Part shown: in pieces, positions 1 to 9,662 of the stretch
Position numbering within the stretch: position 1 is the stretch's first letter
How the letters are laid out: every line of letters starts with the position of its first letter
DNA from: a virus
Taxonomy: Duplodnaviria > Caudoviricetes
DNA: 64,000 bases
Strand: one strand, 5' to 3'
Virus record (IMG/VR): IMGVR_UViG_3300035520_000607
Span: 32,001 to 96,000 of that record
The notes under the pieces: generated by a model
What the model was told of the DNA's origin: nothing
Seen by the model: the letters and a program-made list of their open reading frames with translations, nothing else
Databases searched by the model: none
Program-made: the position numbers and the translations under genes

Positions 1-261
1 ACTTATGGGTATGGAAAGAAAACTAAAGTTGAAGAATTACCAGTACAAGGTAAAAATGGAAAAGGGTTAGCTATCTATAAGATTACTCCAAGTACAGGAG
101 ATATAATAGGTGCGGAAATAATTACTGATGAAGATGATTTATTGTTAGTTGGTAAAAAATCTATATGTATTGCCGCAACTGATATTCCCTTAGTAGGAAG
201 AACTGCTGTTGGAAATATTATGATAAAAGATGGACAAATTAGTTCAATAGTTAAAATATAG
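1..261 (+). CDS. DNA gyrase/topoisomerase IV subunit A, C-terminal beta-pinwheel (partial, 5' end outside window)
   Basis: Frame 1 reads TYGYGKKTKVEELPVQGKNGKG...DIPLVGRTAVGNIMIK...IVKI*, typical GyrA CTD blade repeats; stop TAG 259-261. Confidence 0.8.
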   Translation, partial: TYGYGKKTKVEELPVQGKNGKGLAIYKITPSTGDIIGAEIITDEDDLLLVGKKSICIAATDIPLVGRTAVGNIMIKDGQISSIVKI

Positions 262-270
262 GAGAATAAT

Positions 271-555
271 ATGAATTCAGAAAATCAAGATTATTATATT
301 TTAGGAGATGATATATTTATAAAAAGAGATAAATTATCTGATGTAAGAAATATAACTATTCCTTTTGACGAATATAAAGAATTATTAGAGATAAAAGGTA
401 GATATGAAGAATTAAAATCCATTAAACAAGTTCCTTATGAGGATATTAATTCATTTAAACCACCTTATAAAATAACTTGTTGTACTGATTTAGATACTTT
501 TAATTGCTGCCATAATAGTATAAATACAGAAAATGTTTATAAAGAATACAAGTAA
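271..555 (+). CDS. hypothetical protein
   Basis: ORF with GGAG RBS, 94 aa. Confidence 0.6.
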   Translation: MNSENQDYYILGDDIFIKRDKLSDVRNITIPFDEYKELLEIKGRYEELKSIKQVPYEDINSFKPPYKITCCTDLDTFNCCHNSINTENVYKEYK

Positions 556-615
556 TGCGGGAACCCGTTAACCGATCTTATGTCAAGGACTAAGATCGGA
601 AGGCGACAGCCGCAC
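556..615 (+). repeat. structured intergenic element, copy 1
   Basis: GCGG/CCGC outer stem and CCGATCTTA/TAAGATCGG inner stem; similar to 44351-44400 and 47314-47375; followed by a T-tract. Confidence 0.7.
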
Positions 616-623
616 TTTTTTAT

Positions 624-652
624 TTGACTTTTAAAAATTTTTGTGATATACT
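624..652 (+). promoter_or_regulatory. sigma70-type promoter
   Basis: TTGACT-17-TATACT with TG extended -10. Confidence 0.75.
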
Positions 653-675
653 AAAGACAGAAAGAAGGTATTAGA

Positions 676-972
676 ATGATGAATTATGTTTATTTAATAA
701 TTGGAATTATCCTATTATTAGCCGCAATCTATTGTTTATTACAAATTAAATCAATAAGAGACAAAGCACAAGCACTATTCTTAGAAGCTGAAAAGAATAT
801 AACTGAAGATAAACTACAATATGTATCAGAAAATCTTTATGACAGTTTACCTGCTATAGTTAGATTATTCTTAAATTACGAAGGCTTTGATGAAATAGTT
901 CAAAAAATATATGATAAAACAAGAAGATTAGCTGAAGATATTTTATCTGATGGCAAATTCAACGGAAAGTAG
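676..972 (+). CDS. putative holin (single N-terminal TM helix)
   Basis: Hydrophobic N-terminus YVYLIIGIILLLAAIYCLL, directly upstream of endolysin. Confidence 0.6.
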   Translation: MMNYVYLIIGIILLLAAIYCLLQIKSIRDKAQALFLEAEKNITEDKLQYVSENLYDSLPAIVRLFLNYEGFDEIVQKIYDKTRRLAEDILSDGKFNGK

Positions 973-981
973 GAAAATAAA

Positions 982-1716
982 GTGAAAGTAAAATTTATTG
1001 AAAGAACAAAAGCACCAACTAGTGATATTAACTGGTATGGAAAAGACAATGTAGCATTTAAAACTGCTTATAATATGTTTGAAAAACATGATGGCAAGTA
1101 TGGCAACTGTACTCATTATGCTATTGGTCGTTATCAAGAATTGCAAAATGCTGTTTCTAAATTTAAAGAAGAAAATGCTGATAAATTTTTAGATACTGCA
1201 AAAAAAGTTGGTTATCCAACTGGAAGTGAACCTAAATTAGGAGCGGTAATAGTTTGGAAACATACTACTAAAACTAATGGTCATGTTGGAGTTATTGAAA
1301 AAATATATGATAATGGAGACATTTTAGTAAGTATGAGTGGTTGGAAATCATTCTTATGGAAAACTAGAAAAGTTACAAAAAAGAGTGGATATGTTTACTC
1401 AGACTATAAGCTATTAGGTTTCATTTATTATAATGATATAGAATTCTATGAGGCTCTTACATACACTGGAGAATTCCCAGCATTACCAGGAACTTTAACA
1501 AAAAATTATATATCTAATGAAAAAAGTACTAAATCTGAAATTAAGAAATTACAACAATTCTTAAATTGGGCTAATGATGCTAGTTTAACTGTTGATGGTA
1601 TTATAGGAAATAAAACAACTCAACAAGTTAAAGATTTCCAAAACAAGGTTAATATAACTGCTGATGGTAAATTTGGGAAGAAATCCCTTGCAAAAGCAAA
1701 AGAATATGAAAAATAG
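982..1716 (+). CDS. endolysin, CHAP domain plus C-terminal peptidoglycan-binding domain
   Basis: GNCTHYA (Cys), PKLGAVIVW, GHVGVIE (His); C-terminal LQQFLN..LTVDGIIG..T..FQ..ADGKFG. Confidence 0.85.
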   Translation: MKVKFIERTKAPTSDINWYGKDNVAFKTAYNMFEKHDGKYGNCTHYAIGRYQELQNAVSKFKEENADKFLDTAKKVGYPTGSEPKLGAVIVWKHTTKTNGHVGVIEKIYDNGDILVSMSGWKSFLWKTRKVTKKSGYVYSDYKLLGFIYYNDIEFYEALTYTGEFPALPGTLTKNYISNEKSTKSEIKKLQQFLNWANDASLTVDGIIGNKTTQQVKDFQNKVNITADGKFGKKSLAKAKEYEK

Positions 1717-1740
1717 ACATATAAATGTCTATTTTTATTT
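1712..1740 (+). terminator. intrinsic terminator
   Basis: ATAGACAT/ATGTCTAT hairpin followed by T-tract. Confidence 0.6.
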
Positions 1741-1751
1741 TGATTATTGAG

Positions 1752-1780
1752 TTGACTTTTTGTTTTATTTATGTTATAAT
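1752..1780 (+). promoter_or_regulatory. sigma70-type promoter
   Basis: TTGACT-17-TATAAT, TG extension. Confidence 0.75.
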
Positions 1781-1803
1781 TATATTAATAAAGAGGTGTA
1801 AAA

Positions 1804-2955
1804 ATGATAGGAAATAAAAAATATTTTATTGACCAAATAAATTCATCTAAAGCATATAAAATGACTTGTTTATATCATTATTCAGGAGTCGGGTTTAAAA
1901 AAGCAATTTTAAATTTAGGAATTTTTAGAAGGTCAGATAATTTAATGGTAGGAGTTCTTCAATGGGGATGCTCCGCACAATCAAAAATAAAGTTAGATAG
2001 ATATGTAAAAGAGCCAATTAAGACAGAAGAATACTTAGAATTAAATCGTTTTTGTATGGCAGATTCAGAAGGCGCAAATGCGGAAAGTCAAGCTATATCA
2101 TTAGGAATAAAATGGATAAAGAAATACCGCCCTGATATTAGATTATTAGTATCATATGCAGGTCGTAAAGAAGGTAACTATGGTTATATTTATCAAGCAA
2201 CAAACTGGGAATATTTAGGTTATTTTATATCGCCAGGATTTTGGTCTGTTGATGGACATGAAAAACATTTAATTACTTTATGGTGTAATTATGATAGACA
2301 TAAAGAAGGAGAAGAAGGTTTTAATGAACATTTAATGAGAGTTTATCAAGATGTTAGACAAACTTGGACAAAACAATTTATTTATATTCAACGATTAGAT
2401 AATACTTTAACGCCAGCATCTGATATTCTTCCATACCCGAAACCCGCAAATGAGTATCCTATAAAAATAAAAGAAAAAATATTAAAACAAAATGATGAAA
2501 TATACAGCAATCCTTTACCTATTGAAAGAAAATATGTAGAATATTATTATGAAAAAGATAAATATTTATTTTCAAAAGCAACATTAAAAAGAAGAGGAGA
2601 AATAAAAACTCCATTAAAAATAGTTATGTATAATTGCTTTGGAGAATTAGAAAAAGAATATAATAATATTAAGGAAATAGATAGTAATGAATATAAAAAA
2701 GAGGGAATTAATAAAGCATTAAAAAATAATATAATATACAAAAATAAATATTTTAAATACTATTATGAGAATGAAGAGATAGATCAAGAGATTGAAGTCC
2801 CTTTTGTATGTCTAGTTGATGATATGCCATTTCCTACTTATGTACAGGCGGCAGCTTATCTTGGTGTAAGTAAACAAGCAGTACATCAAGCAGGTCAAAG
2901 AAAAGCAAAAAAAGTTGCAGGAAAAGAAGTTACTTGACCTGAAGAAGATAACTAA
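1804..2955 (+). CDS. Mom-like (GNAT-fold) DNA modification protein with C-terminal NUMOD/HTH-like region
   Basis: ELNRFCM...LLVSYAG...GYIYQATNWEYLG motifs; code 4 extends through TGA 2935 to TAA 2955 (VTWPEEDN*). Confidence 0.7.
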
Positions 2956-2956
2956 T

Positions 2957-2985
2957 TTGATTTATTATATAAAATATTATATAAT
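2957..2985 (+). promoter_or_regulatory. sigma70-type promoter
   Basis: TTGATT-17-TATAAT. Confidence 0.65.
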
Positions 2986-3015
2986 ATTTATATAAAAGAG
3001 AAAGAAGAATGAAAA

Positions 3016-3411
3016 GTGAAAGTAATAACAGTATATAAATTATTAGGCTTAATAAAAGATAATAATGCTCCTAAAATAGTAAAAACACCTACATATATTT
3101 GGACATACGAGCCTACTATGCAAGACTATCTTTGTGAAACAAAAGGAGAATATCTAGTTGCTTATTTTAGAGACAATTATTATAACTGGTTGACTTGTCC
3201 TGTAGAGATAATAGACGATGCACCTGAAACTGAATTTGAAGATATTGAAGAAATAACCATAAATGAAAGTAATACAATCGGTTTTCCAAATGGAAAGTGG
3301 ACTGCGAGAAATATGGATAAAGCAATTTCATTACAAATAAATCAACTAATAAGAAATCAAAAGAAGATAATAGAAAAAATAAAGGAGTTAGAGAATGGCA
3401 CAAATTGTTAA
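3016..3411 (+). CDS. hypothetical phage protein
   Basis: 131 aa ORF after promoter. Confidence 0.65.
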   Translation: MKVITVYKLLGLIKDNNAPKIVKTPTYIWTYEPTMQDYLCETKGEYLVAYFRDNYYNWLTCPVEIIDDAPETEFEDIEEITINESNTIGFPNGKWTARNMDKAISLQINQLIRNQKKIIEKIKELENGTNC

Positions 3412-3778
3412 AGAAATAACCAATGATTATGATAGACAAAACAATAGAAGACAATTTCTATTTATGAGTCGTGGTCAAGGTAAAACAAATGCAATTATAG
3501 AAAAATTAATTAAAGAAAATAGAGAACTAAAATCTAAATTAGAAATGTATGAAAATGGAGCAATTTATTCTAGTAATGTAGATGAACTACAAGAAGAAAC
3601 ATCTAAATTAACCAAGCAATGGTTAAAATCTAAAGAAGAAAAAAGGGAATTACAAGATAGAATTGATAAGGTTATCAACTATATAGAAGATGGTTTTTTA
3701 GAAAATTGTACTGTTCCAATATATGATGTAAAACATGGTTTAGAAAATATATTACAAATATTGAAAGAAAATAAATAA
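3395..3778 (+). CDS. hypothetical coiled-coil protein
   Basis: AAGGAG RBS, 127 aa. Confidence 0.6.
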   Translation: MAQIVKEITNDYDRQNNRRQFLFMSRGQGKTNAIIEKLIKENRELKSKLEMYENGAIYSSNVDELQEETSKLTKQWLKSKEEKRELQDRIDKVINYIEDGFLENCTVPIYDVKHGLENILQILKENK

Positions 3779-3807
3779 ATATGGATTTATGGAATAGGAG
3801 GGATAAA

Positions 3808-4023
3808 ATGCAAGCAATTAATGATAGTGAGCTAAGAGATCTAATTGAGAAAACAAACTACTATACTAGAGCCTATGATGAAGGTAACCCTGAGATTTCA
3901 GACCAAGAGTGGGATGATTTATACTTTAAATTAGTTCAATTAGAAAAAGATACTAATACATATTATGAAGATAGTCCTACTCAAAGAATTAATAAATTAA
4001 ATGGAGGAATATGACAAAGGTAA
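3808..4023 (+). pseudogene. orphan N-terminal fragment (domain Ia) of NAD-dependent DNA ligase
   Basis: AGGAGG RBS; AYDEGNPEISDQEWDDLY..L..LE..DSPTQRI aligns with the start of the full ligase at 4892; stops at TAA 4023. Confidence 0.75.
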
Positions 4024-4908
4024 TCGATTTAACAGGACAAAAATTTGGAAAATGAACTGTTATAAAAAAAGACTTAGATAGAACAAGTAGCAAAACTTAT
4101 TGGCTATGCAATTGTGATTGCGGAACTAAAAATGCTAGTGTTGAAAGTTGAAAATTAAGAAGCGGTAACTCTAAATCCTGTGGATGTTTAATGAGGACTC
4201 CAGATTTAAGAACTGGAGAAAAATTTGGATTATTGACAGTTATAAAAAAAAATTGATACTAAAAATTATTTATGCAAGTGTGAGTGCGGCAAAATAAAAA
4301 CTGTTACTAAAAGCCATTTGAAAAATGGACATACAAAGTCTTGTGGATGTTTGACTCGTAAAAAAAGTGAAGAAAAGATGCTTAACAAAAGATTTGGTAA
4401 ATTGACTGTTGTAAAAGATAGTGGAGAAAGGGATTATAAACAAAATATTTTATGAGAATGTCAATGCGATTGTGGAAATAAAGTTTTAGCAAATACTGAT
4501 ATTTTAAATAAAGGAGAAAAAATTTCTTGTGGATGCTTAAAGCAGTCTAAAGGAGAATATTTCATTGAAAGGATCTTAAAAGAAAATAATATAAAATATG
4601 AAAAAGAAAAATCTTTAATAAAAAACTACCCTTTATTAAGGTTTGATTTTTATATTAATAAGCAATACATTATTGAATTCGACGGGAAACAACACTTTCT
4701 TTGTAGTAATAATGGATGAAACAATAAAGAGCATTTTGAAAAAACTAGAAAAAATGATATTATAAAAAATAAATGATGCAAAGATAATAACATTCCACTT
4801 ATCAGGATACCATATACTCATTTAGAAGAGGTGTGTATAGAAGACTTATTATTAGAAACAAGTAAATTTATTTATAAAGGAGAAGAGTACTATGAAAGAA
4901 TTAATTAG
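4011..4908 (+). mobile_element. free-standing homing endonuclease (three CxCxCG zinc modules plus Vsr/DUF559-like PD-(D/E)xK domain), +1 frameshift in A9 tract 4244-4252
   Basis: Code 4 reading: DLTGQKFGKW(TGA)TV, YWLCNCDCG, LCKCECG, LW(TGA)ECQCDCG, SKGE, RFDFY, IEFDGKQHF, KNKW(TGA)CKDNNIPLIRIPY; absent from ORF track. Confidence 0.8.
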
Positions 4909-6832
4909 TAAATTAAATCATTATAGGGATTTGTATTATAATAAAGGTATATCTGAAATTTCAGATAAAGAATATGATACTTTATATAATGAACTTGAAA
5001 AGATGGAAAAAGAAACTGGAATTATTATGTCTAATTCTCCGACTCAAACAGTTGGTTATACAATATCAAAGGGGCTTAAAAAAGTTGTTCATTCGCATAA
5101 GATGCTATCACTAGAAAAAACAAAAAGTATTTCTGATTTAAAAAATTTTATTAATAAAGAAGATTGTATAGGAGATTGTATTATGTCTTTAAAGATGGAT
5201 GGACTAACAATCTTATTAACTTATGAAAATGGAAAATTAGTCAGAGGTGAAACAAGAGGAGACTCTATAGAGGGACAACTTGTTACAGAAGCAATAAAAC
5301 ATTTTGATAATGTTCCATTATCCATTCCTTTTAATGATTATTTTGAAATTGAAGGAGAAGCCATTATTACTTATGAAGATTTTAATCAAATTAATACAAA
5401 TGGGAATTATCAGAATCCAAGAAACTTAGCTAGTGGTACTTTAGCTCTTTTAGATACTAAAGAAATAGCAAAAAGACATTTGAAATTTATAGCCTGGAAA
5501 GTGCCTACAAATATTGCTTCTACTTACACAGAAAGATTTAAAATAGCAAAAAATTTTGGCTTTACTGTAGTTCCATATCTTATTGTAAACAATAATATTG
5601 AAGAAATAATAAGAACATTAAAAAAAGATGCAGAAAAATTATTTTATCCAATAGATGGTCTTGTTATTTCATATAATAATATCGAATATGGTTTATCTTT
5701 AGGAGAAACGACTCATGCTCCTCGACATTCTTTAGCCTATAAATTCTACGACGAGGAATATGGGACTACTTTATTAGACATTGATTATGATATAAGTAGG
5801 AATGGCATTTTAACTCCTGTTGCTGTATTTGAACCTGTTGAGATAGATGGTACAGAGGTTTCAAGAGCTTCATTATATAATATTTCAGTCATGAAAGATA
5901 CTTTTCACGGCCAAGGTTGGAAAGGTCAAAAAATAAAGGTTGTTAAAAGAAATCAAATAATACCTAAAATTGAATGGGCAGAAGTAGATGTTGAAACTGA
6001 AAAAGAATATCTTAATATCCCATCTACCTGTCCTATATGTGGCGGAGATACAATAATAAATGATAATGATGGTGTATTAGTACTTAAATGCGGGAATCCG
6101 CAATGTAGTGGTCTATTGGTAAACAGAATTGAACATATGTTTGGAAGGGGAGGTTTAGATGCAAAAGGAATATCAAAAGCAACTATTGGAAAACTTATTG
6201 ACTGGGGATGGGTCTCATCAATCAGCGATATGTTCACCTTATCAAGGTACAAGAGAGCGTGGGCAAACAAGGAAGGTTTTGGTGAGAAGTCTGTTGACAA
6301 TATTATCAGGTCAATCGAATCAAGTTCTAATTGCAACCTCGAATCCATCATCAGTGGAGCAGGTATACCACTTATTGGTAGAACAGTTGCAAGAGATATT
6401 GCCGCAAGATATGATACTTATGCTTCGTTTAAGAAAGACATCACAGGGGATTTTGATTTTTCGAGCATAAATGGATTTGGCTATGAAATGAATAAGGCTC
6501 TAAAAAACTTTGATTATACTGAATTAGATTATATTGTTGAAAATTATTTAACAATTAAAGAAAAAGAAAAAATAGTAGACAATAGTAATAAATTAGAAAA
6601 TTTAACATTTGTAATTACTGGAAAATTAAATAAAGAAGGTCAATTTAAAAATAGAGATACTTTAAAAGCCTTTATTGAAAAAAATGGCGGAAAGGTCGCT
6701 AGCGCAGTAAGTAAAAACACTAATTATTTGATTGCCAATCAAGAAGAAAATACAACTAAATATAATAATGCAAAAGCTCTAGGGATTAGCCTTATAACTG
6801 AAGAAGAATTCAAAAATATTTTTGACTTATAA
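4892..6832 (+). CDS. ligA: NAD-dependent DNA ligase
   Basis: KMDG adenylation motif, TRGD, NPRN, CPICG zinc finger, HhH repeats, BRCT (FVITG...GGKV). Confidence 0.95.
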   Translation: MKELISKLNHYRDLYYNKGISEISDKEYDTLYNELEKMEKETGIIMSNSPTQTVGYTISKGLKKVVHSHKMLSLEKTKSISDLKNFINKEDCIGDCIMSLKMDGLTILLTYENGKLVRGETRGDSIEGQLVTEAIKHFDNVPLSIPFNDYFEIEGEAIITYEDFNQINTNGNYQNPRNLASGTLALLDTKEIAKRHLKFIAWKVPTNIASTYTERFKIAKNFGFTVVPYLIVNNNIEEIIRTLKKDAEKLFYPIDGLVISYNNIEYGLSLGETTHAPRHSLAYKFYDEEYGTTLLDIDYDISRNGILTPVAVFEPVEIDGTEVSRASLYNISVMKDTFHGQGWKGQKIKVVKRNQIIPKIEWAEVDVETEKEYLNIPSTCPICGGDTIINDNDGVLVLKCGNPQCSGLLVNRIEHMFGRGGLDAKGISKATIGKLIDWGWVSSISDMFTLSRYKRAWANKEGFGEKSVDNIIRSIESSSNCNLESIISGAGIPLIGRTVARDIAARYDTYASFKKDITGDFDFSSINGFGYEMNKALKNFDYTELDYIVENYLTIKEKEKIVDNSNKLENLTFVITGKLNKEGQFKNRDTLKAFIEKNGGKVASAVSKNTNYLIANQEENTTKYNNAKALGISLITEEEFKNIFDL

Positions 6833-6850
6833 AAAAATTTTTGATATAAT
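6822..6850 (+). promoter_or_regulatory. sigma70-type promoter
   Basis: TTGACT-17-TATAAT, TG extension. Confidence 0.7.
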
Positions 6851-6966
6851 ATATATGAAAGATGAAAGAAAAAGAAAGAATTAAAAAGTTGGCAACTAAT
6901 AGCCCATTTATTTAAGTCAACTTAATATAACTTTTCTTAAATCATCTAAAAGAAAAGCATATATAA

Positions 6967-6995
6967 TTGACAAAATAAAAAATTTTTGATAAAAT
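6967..6995 (+). promoter_or_regulatory. sigma70-type promoter
   Basis: TTGACA-17-TAAAAT, TG extension. Confidence 0.7.
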
Positions 6996-7044
6996 ATATA
7001 TGTAATAAAATATTATAAGAAATTAAAAGGAGAGAAAGAAAATT

Positions 7045-7347
7045 ATGATGAAACCAAATAGTATTTTAGTTTATAACTATGTAAAAGAAAACGGAAGTAA
7101 AAACATTACAGCTGCTGATATAGCTGAAGGAACTGGATTAAATGTAAGAACAGTTAACGGTATCGTTACTGCTGCATTCCAAAGACATACTATCGTTGTA
7201 GATGGAGAAAAAGTTGCTCAACCATTAATGGTTAGAGAACCAGCTGAAATTGAATTAGCAGATAATACCCACCAAATGGTAAAATTTATTAAGTTAACAG
7301 AGGCTGGGGAGTCATTCAACCCTGAAGCATCTGATGACGCTGAATAA
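7045..7347 (+). CDS. winged-HTH DNA-binding protein
   Basis: ITAADIAEGTGLNVRTVNGIV helix-turn-helix; AAGGAG RBS. Confidence 0.65.
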   Translation: MMKPNSILVYNYVKENGSKNITAADIAEGTGLNVRTVNGIVTAAFQRHTIVVDGEKVAQPLMVREPAEIELADNTHQMVKFIKLTEAGESFNPEASDDAE

Positions 7348-7361
7348 TAAAATAATTAAAA

Positions 7362-7398
7362 AATAAATAGAGTGATTAATATTCACTCTATTTATTTT
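7362..7398 (+). terminator. intrinsic terminator
   Basis: AAATAAATAGAGTGA/TCACTCTATTTATTT inverted repeat. Confidence 0.65.
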
Positions 7399-7420
7399 AG
7401 AAAGGATAAATTTAACAGAT

Positions 7421-9612
7421 ATGTGAATATTTTTTATAATTATTTTGTTCATTTTAAGCTTAGTTATTTTTTATAAAACTTATAAATTATCACAAAGTAT
7501 AAAAATTATTGAAAATAATAACAATGCAATTAAAATTGAAAGAAAAAAATTAGAGTCAGAGAACAAAAATATACAAAAAGAAATAGATGTAAAAAAATCT
7601 TCATTAGATGCTATTCAAGCCTCATTAGAAAAATTAAAAGAAACATCATGCAAATCATTTGAAGAATATACAAATTTACTTCAATATCAATATCAACAAG
7701 AAGAAAAAGAGTATGACAATGCAATAGACGCTTTAAGACATAGCTATCAACAGTTACAAGATAAATTAAGTGCGGAAATGGGTGAAGCGCGCGAAGATCT
7801 AGAAAAAGTTCGTTCAACGAGAGCCGCCGCAATTCAAGCACAATTAAAAGAACAAGAAATAAAAGATCAACAATCTTTCTATTGCCCTCAAGTGCCTGAA
7901 GACGAGCTTAATGATGCTAGGGCTCTCCGCGCAATAGAATATAAACTTAATAACCCAAGAGTATTAAGAATGCTGATATGGCAAACTTACTATCAAAAGC
8001 CAATTAATCAAGTATGCGCAAATATTTTAGGAGGCGCAACCGCAGTTAAATGTGGAATTTATAAAATAACAAATCAAATTGATGGAATGGTGTATATAGG
8101 TCAAACGGTCAATTAATCGGCCGATGAAAAACTTTACTTACTAGCTGGTAGGGGTTATCTTTTAAGATAGCTAACGAGGAAGGAAAATTTAAAAAATTTT
8201 ATAATCTCGTGGGAAAATTTGGTTAATCCATCCTTTATAAAAATAACATACAATGAAGGGATAAAAATATTTTATAAAGGAGTTAGATATTATGAAAAAA
8301 ATTAATATTAATGATACTACAGTAATAACAGGTATATATTTAATTAAATATCCAAATAGCAAAGTCTATATTGGGCAAGCACAAAATATTCATTTACGAA
8401 TATTAGAACACAATAGTAGAGCTAAAAATAATAGACGCGGAGATGGCAAAAAACCTCAACTATGTGATAGTAAAATACGAAAATATTTTCCTGATGGAGT
8501 AAAAGAATATTATATTTTAGAAGAATGTTTAATAGATAAACTTGATGAGAGAGAAAAGTATTGAATTAATTTATATGATGCACTAAATAAAGAGAAAGGG
8601 TATAATTTTTTAGACAAAGGAGATGTATCTGGACGCAGGGGCGTTGATAATGCCAATGCTTCTTTGACAAAAGAGCAATTAGGGAAAATTATAGATTTAT
8701 TATTAAATCATTATGAGCTTTCTTATAGAGATATTGCTCAACAAGTTGGGACGTCTTTAAGAGTAGTACAAAATATTTCTTGGGGAAAAAGTTATATTAA
8801 TGATAATTTATCTTATCCATTAAGGAACAATATACATAATTTTGCAAAGAAAGATAAAGTAACAGATTATTTTAATTCTGAAGTGTTTTTAATTAATTTA
8901 AAAGAAGATTTAAAATATAGCTGGTGGCTTGCTATAGAAACAGATTTAGTCAATAAATATAAGATACCTCTAAATATTTTAAGAGAAATAAACCATGGAG
9001 AAAAATTCAGTGAAATAGGAGATTATACTTATCCCATAAGAAATAAAAATATAAGAAACAGATATAATTTATCCAAAGAGGATATTATAAATCTATTAAA
9101 TGATTTAAAGAATACTGACATTTCTATGACTGAATTAGGAAAAAAATATGGCTTTGGAAGAGCTGCAATTTCAAACATTAACAAAGGTTTAGCTTATCCA
9201 ATAAAAGGATATAACTATCCTGCTAGATTAACCAAATAACCTGTATCGACTATTCCCTAAGCCTTCTGGGCAGGGAAGTAGGGCTACTATTAGCACGTAG
9301 CAGCATTTTAGGAAACGAAGTGCTTTAAATGCCGAAATGGTTTCCTTTAATTATATAATTAAAGTAAGAAATAGTCAAAGCGATATCGCAACCCGCTGAA
9401 AAAATCATGCTAAGTGCGGATTGGGGATAGATACTCCCGCAGGAAATAAGCTTTATAAAGCTATGCAAGAAGTTGGTCTAGAGAACTTCTCTTTTGAATT
9501 ATTAGAAGAATGTTCAAAAGATGAATTAAATGAGAAAGAAAAATATTATATTGAATTATATCAATCTTATGAATTCGGATATAACTCAAACGCTGGAATA
9601 AAAAAGAATTAG
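7421..9612 (+). CDS. membrane-anchored coiled-coil protein with C-terminal GIY-YIG nuclease domain; spliced join(7421..8109,9381..9612), about 306 aa
   Basis: MW(TGA)IFFIIILFILSLVIFY TM helix; CGIYKITN..VYIGQTV joins in frame to DIATRW(TGA)KNH...LYKAM...FELLEEC...EKYYI...GYN. Confidence 0.8.
8110..9380 (+). ncRNA. group I self-splicing intron
   Basis: 5' exon ends in U, intron ends in G; IGS ATCGGCCG pairs with exon 1 CGGT (U.G at splice site) and exon 2 CGAT (P10); P7 GACTA 9248/TAGTC 9372 with AAGAAATAGTC; removal restores the frame. Confidence 0.85.
8292..9239 (+). CDS. intron-encoded GIY-YIG homing endonuclease with C-terminal HTH repeats (315 aa, code 4)
   Basis: GIYLIKY..VYIGQA..R..EH; EREKYW(TGA 8562)INLY..GYN joins the 8292 and 8664 ORFs in frame. 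Confidence 0.88.
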
Positions 9613-9641
9613 TTGATTATAAATGAAAAAAATAATATAAT
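9613..9641 (+). promoter_or_regulatory. sigma70-type promoter
   Basis: TTGATT-17-TATAAT. Confidence 0.6.
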
Positions 9642-9662
9642 ATAATTATAGAAAGGAACTTT

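Noticed and set aside
556-615. Hammerhead, twister or HDV-like ribozyme identity for the repeated element
   Set aside because: No CUGANGA/GAAA core or other diagnostic motif seen on either strand; left unassigned
6862-6915. 17-codon ORF MKEKERIKKLATNSPFI between two promoters
   Set aside because: Too short to support; possibly a gene remnant
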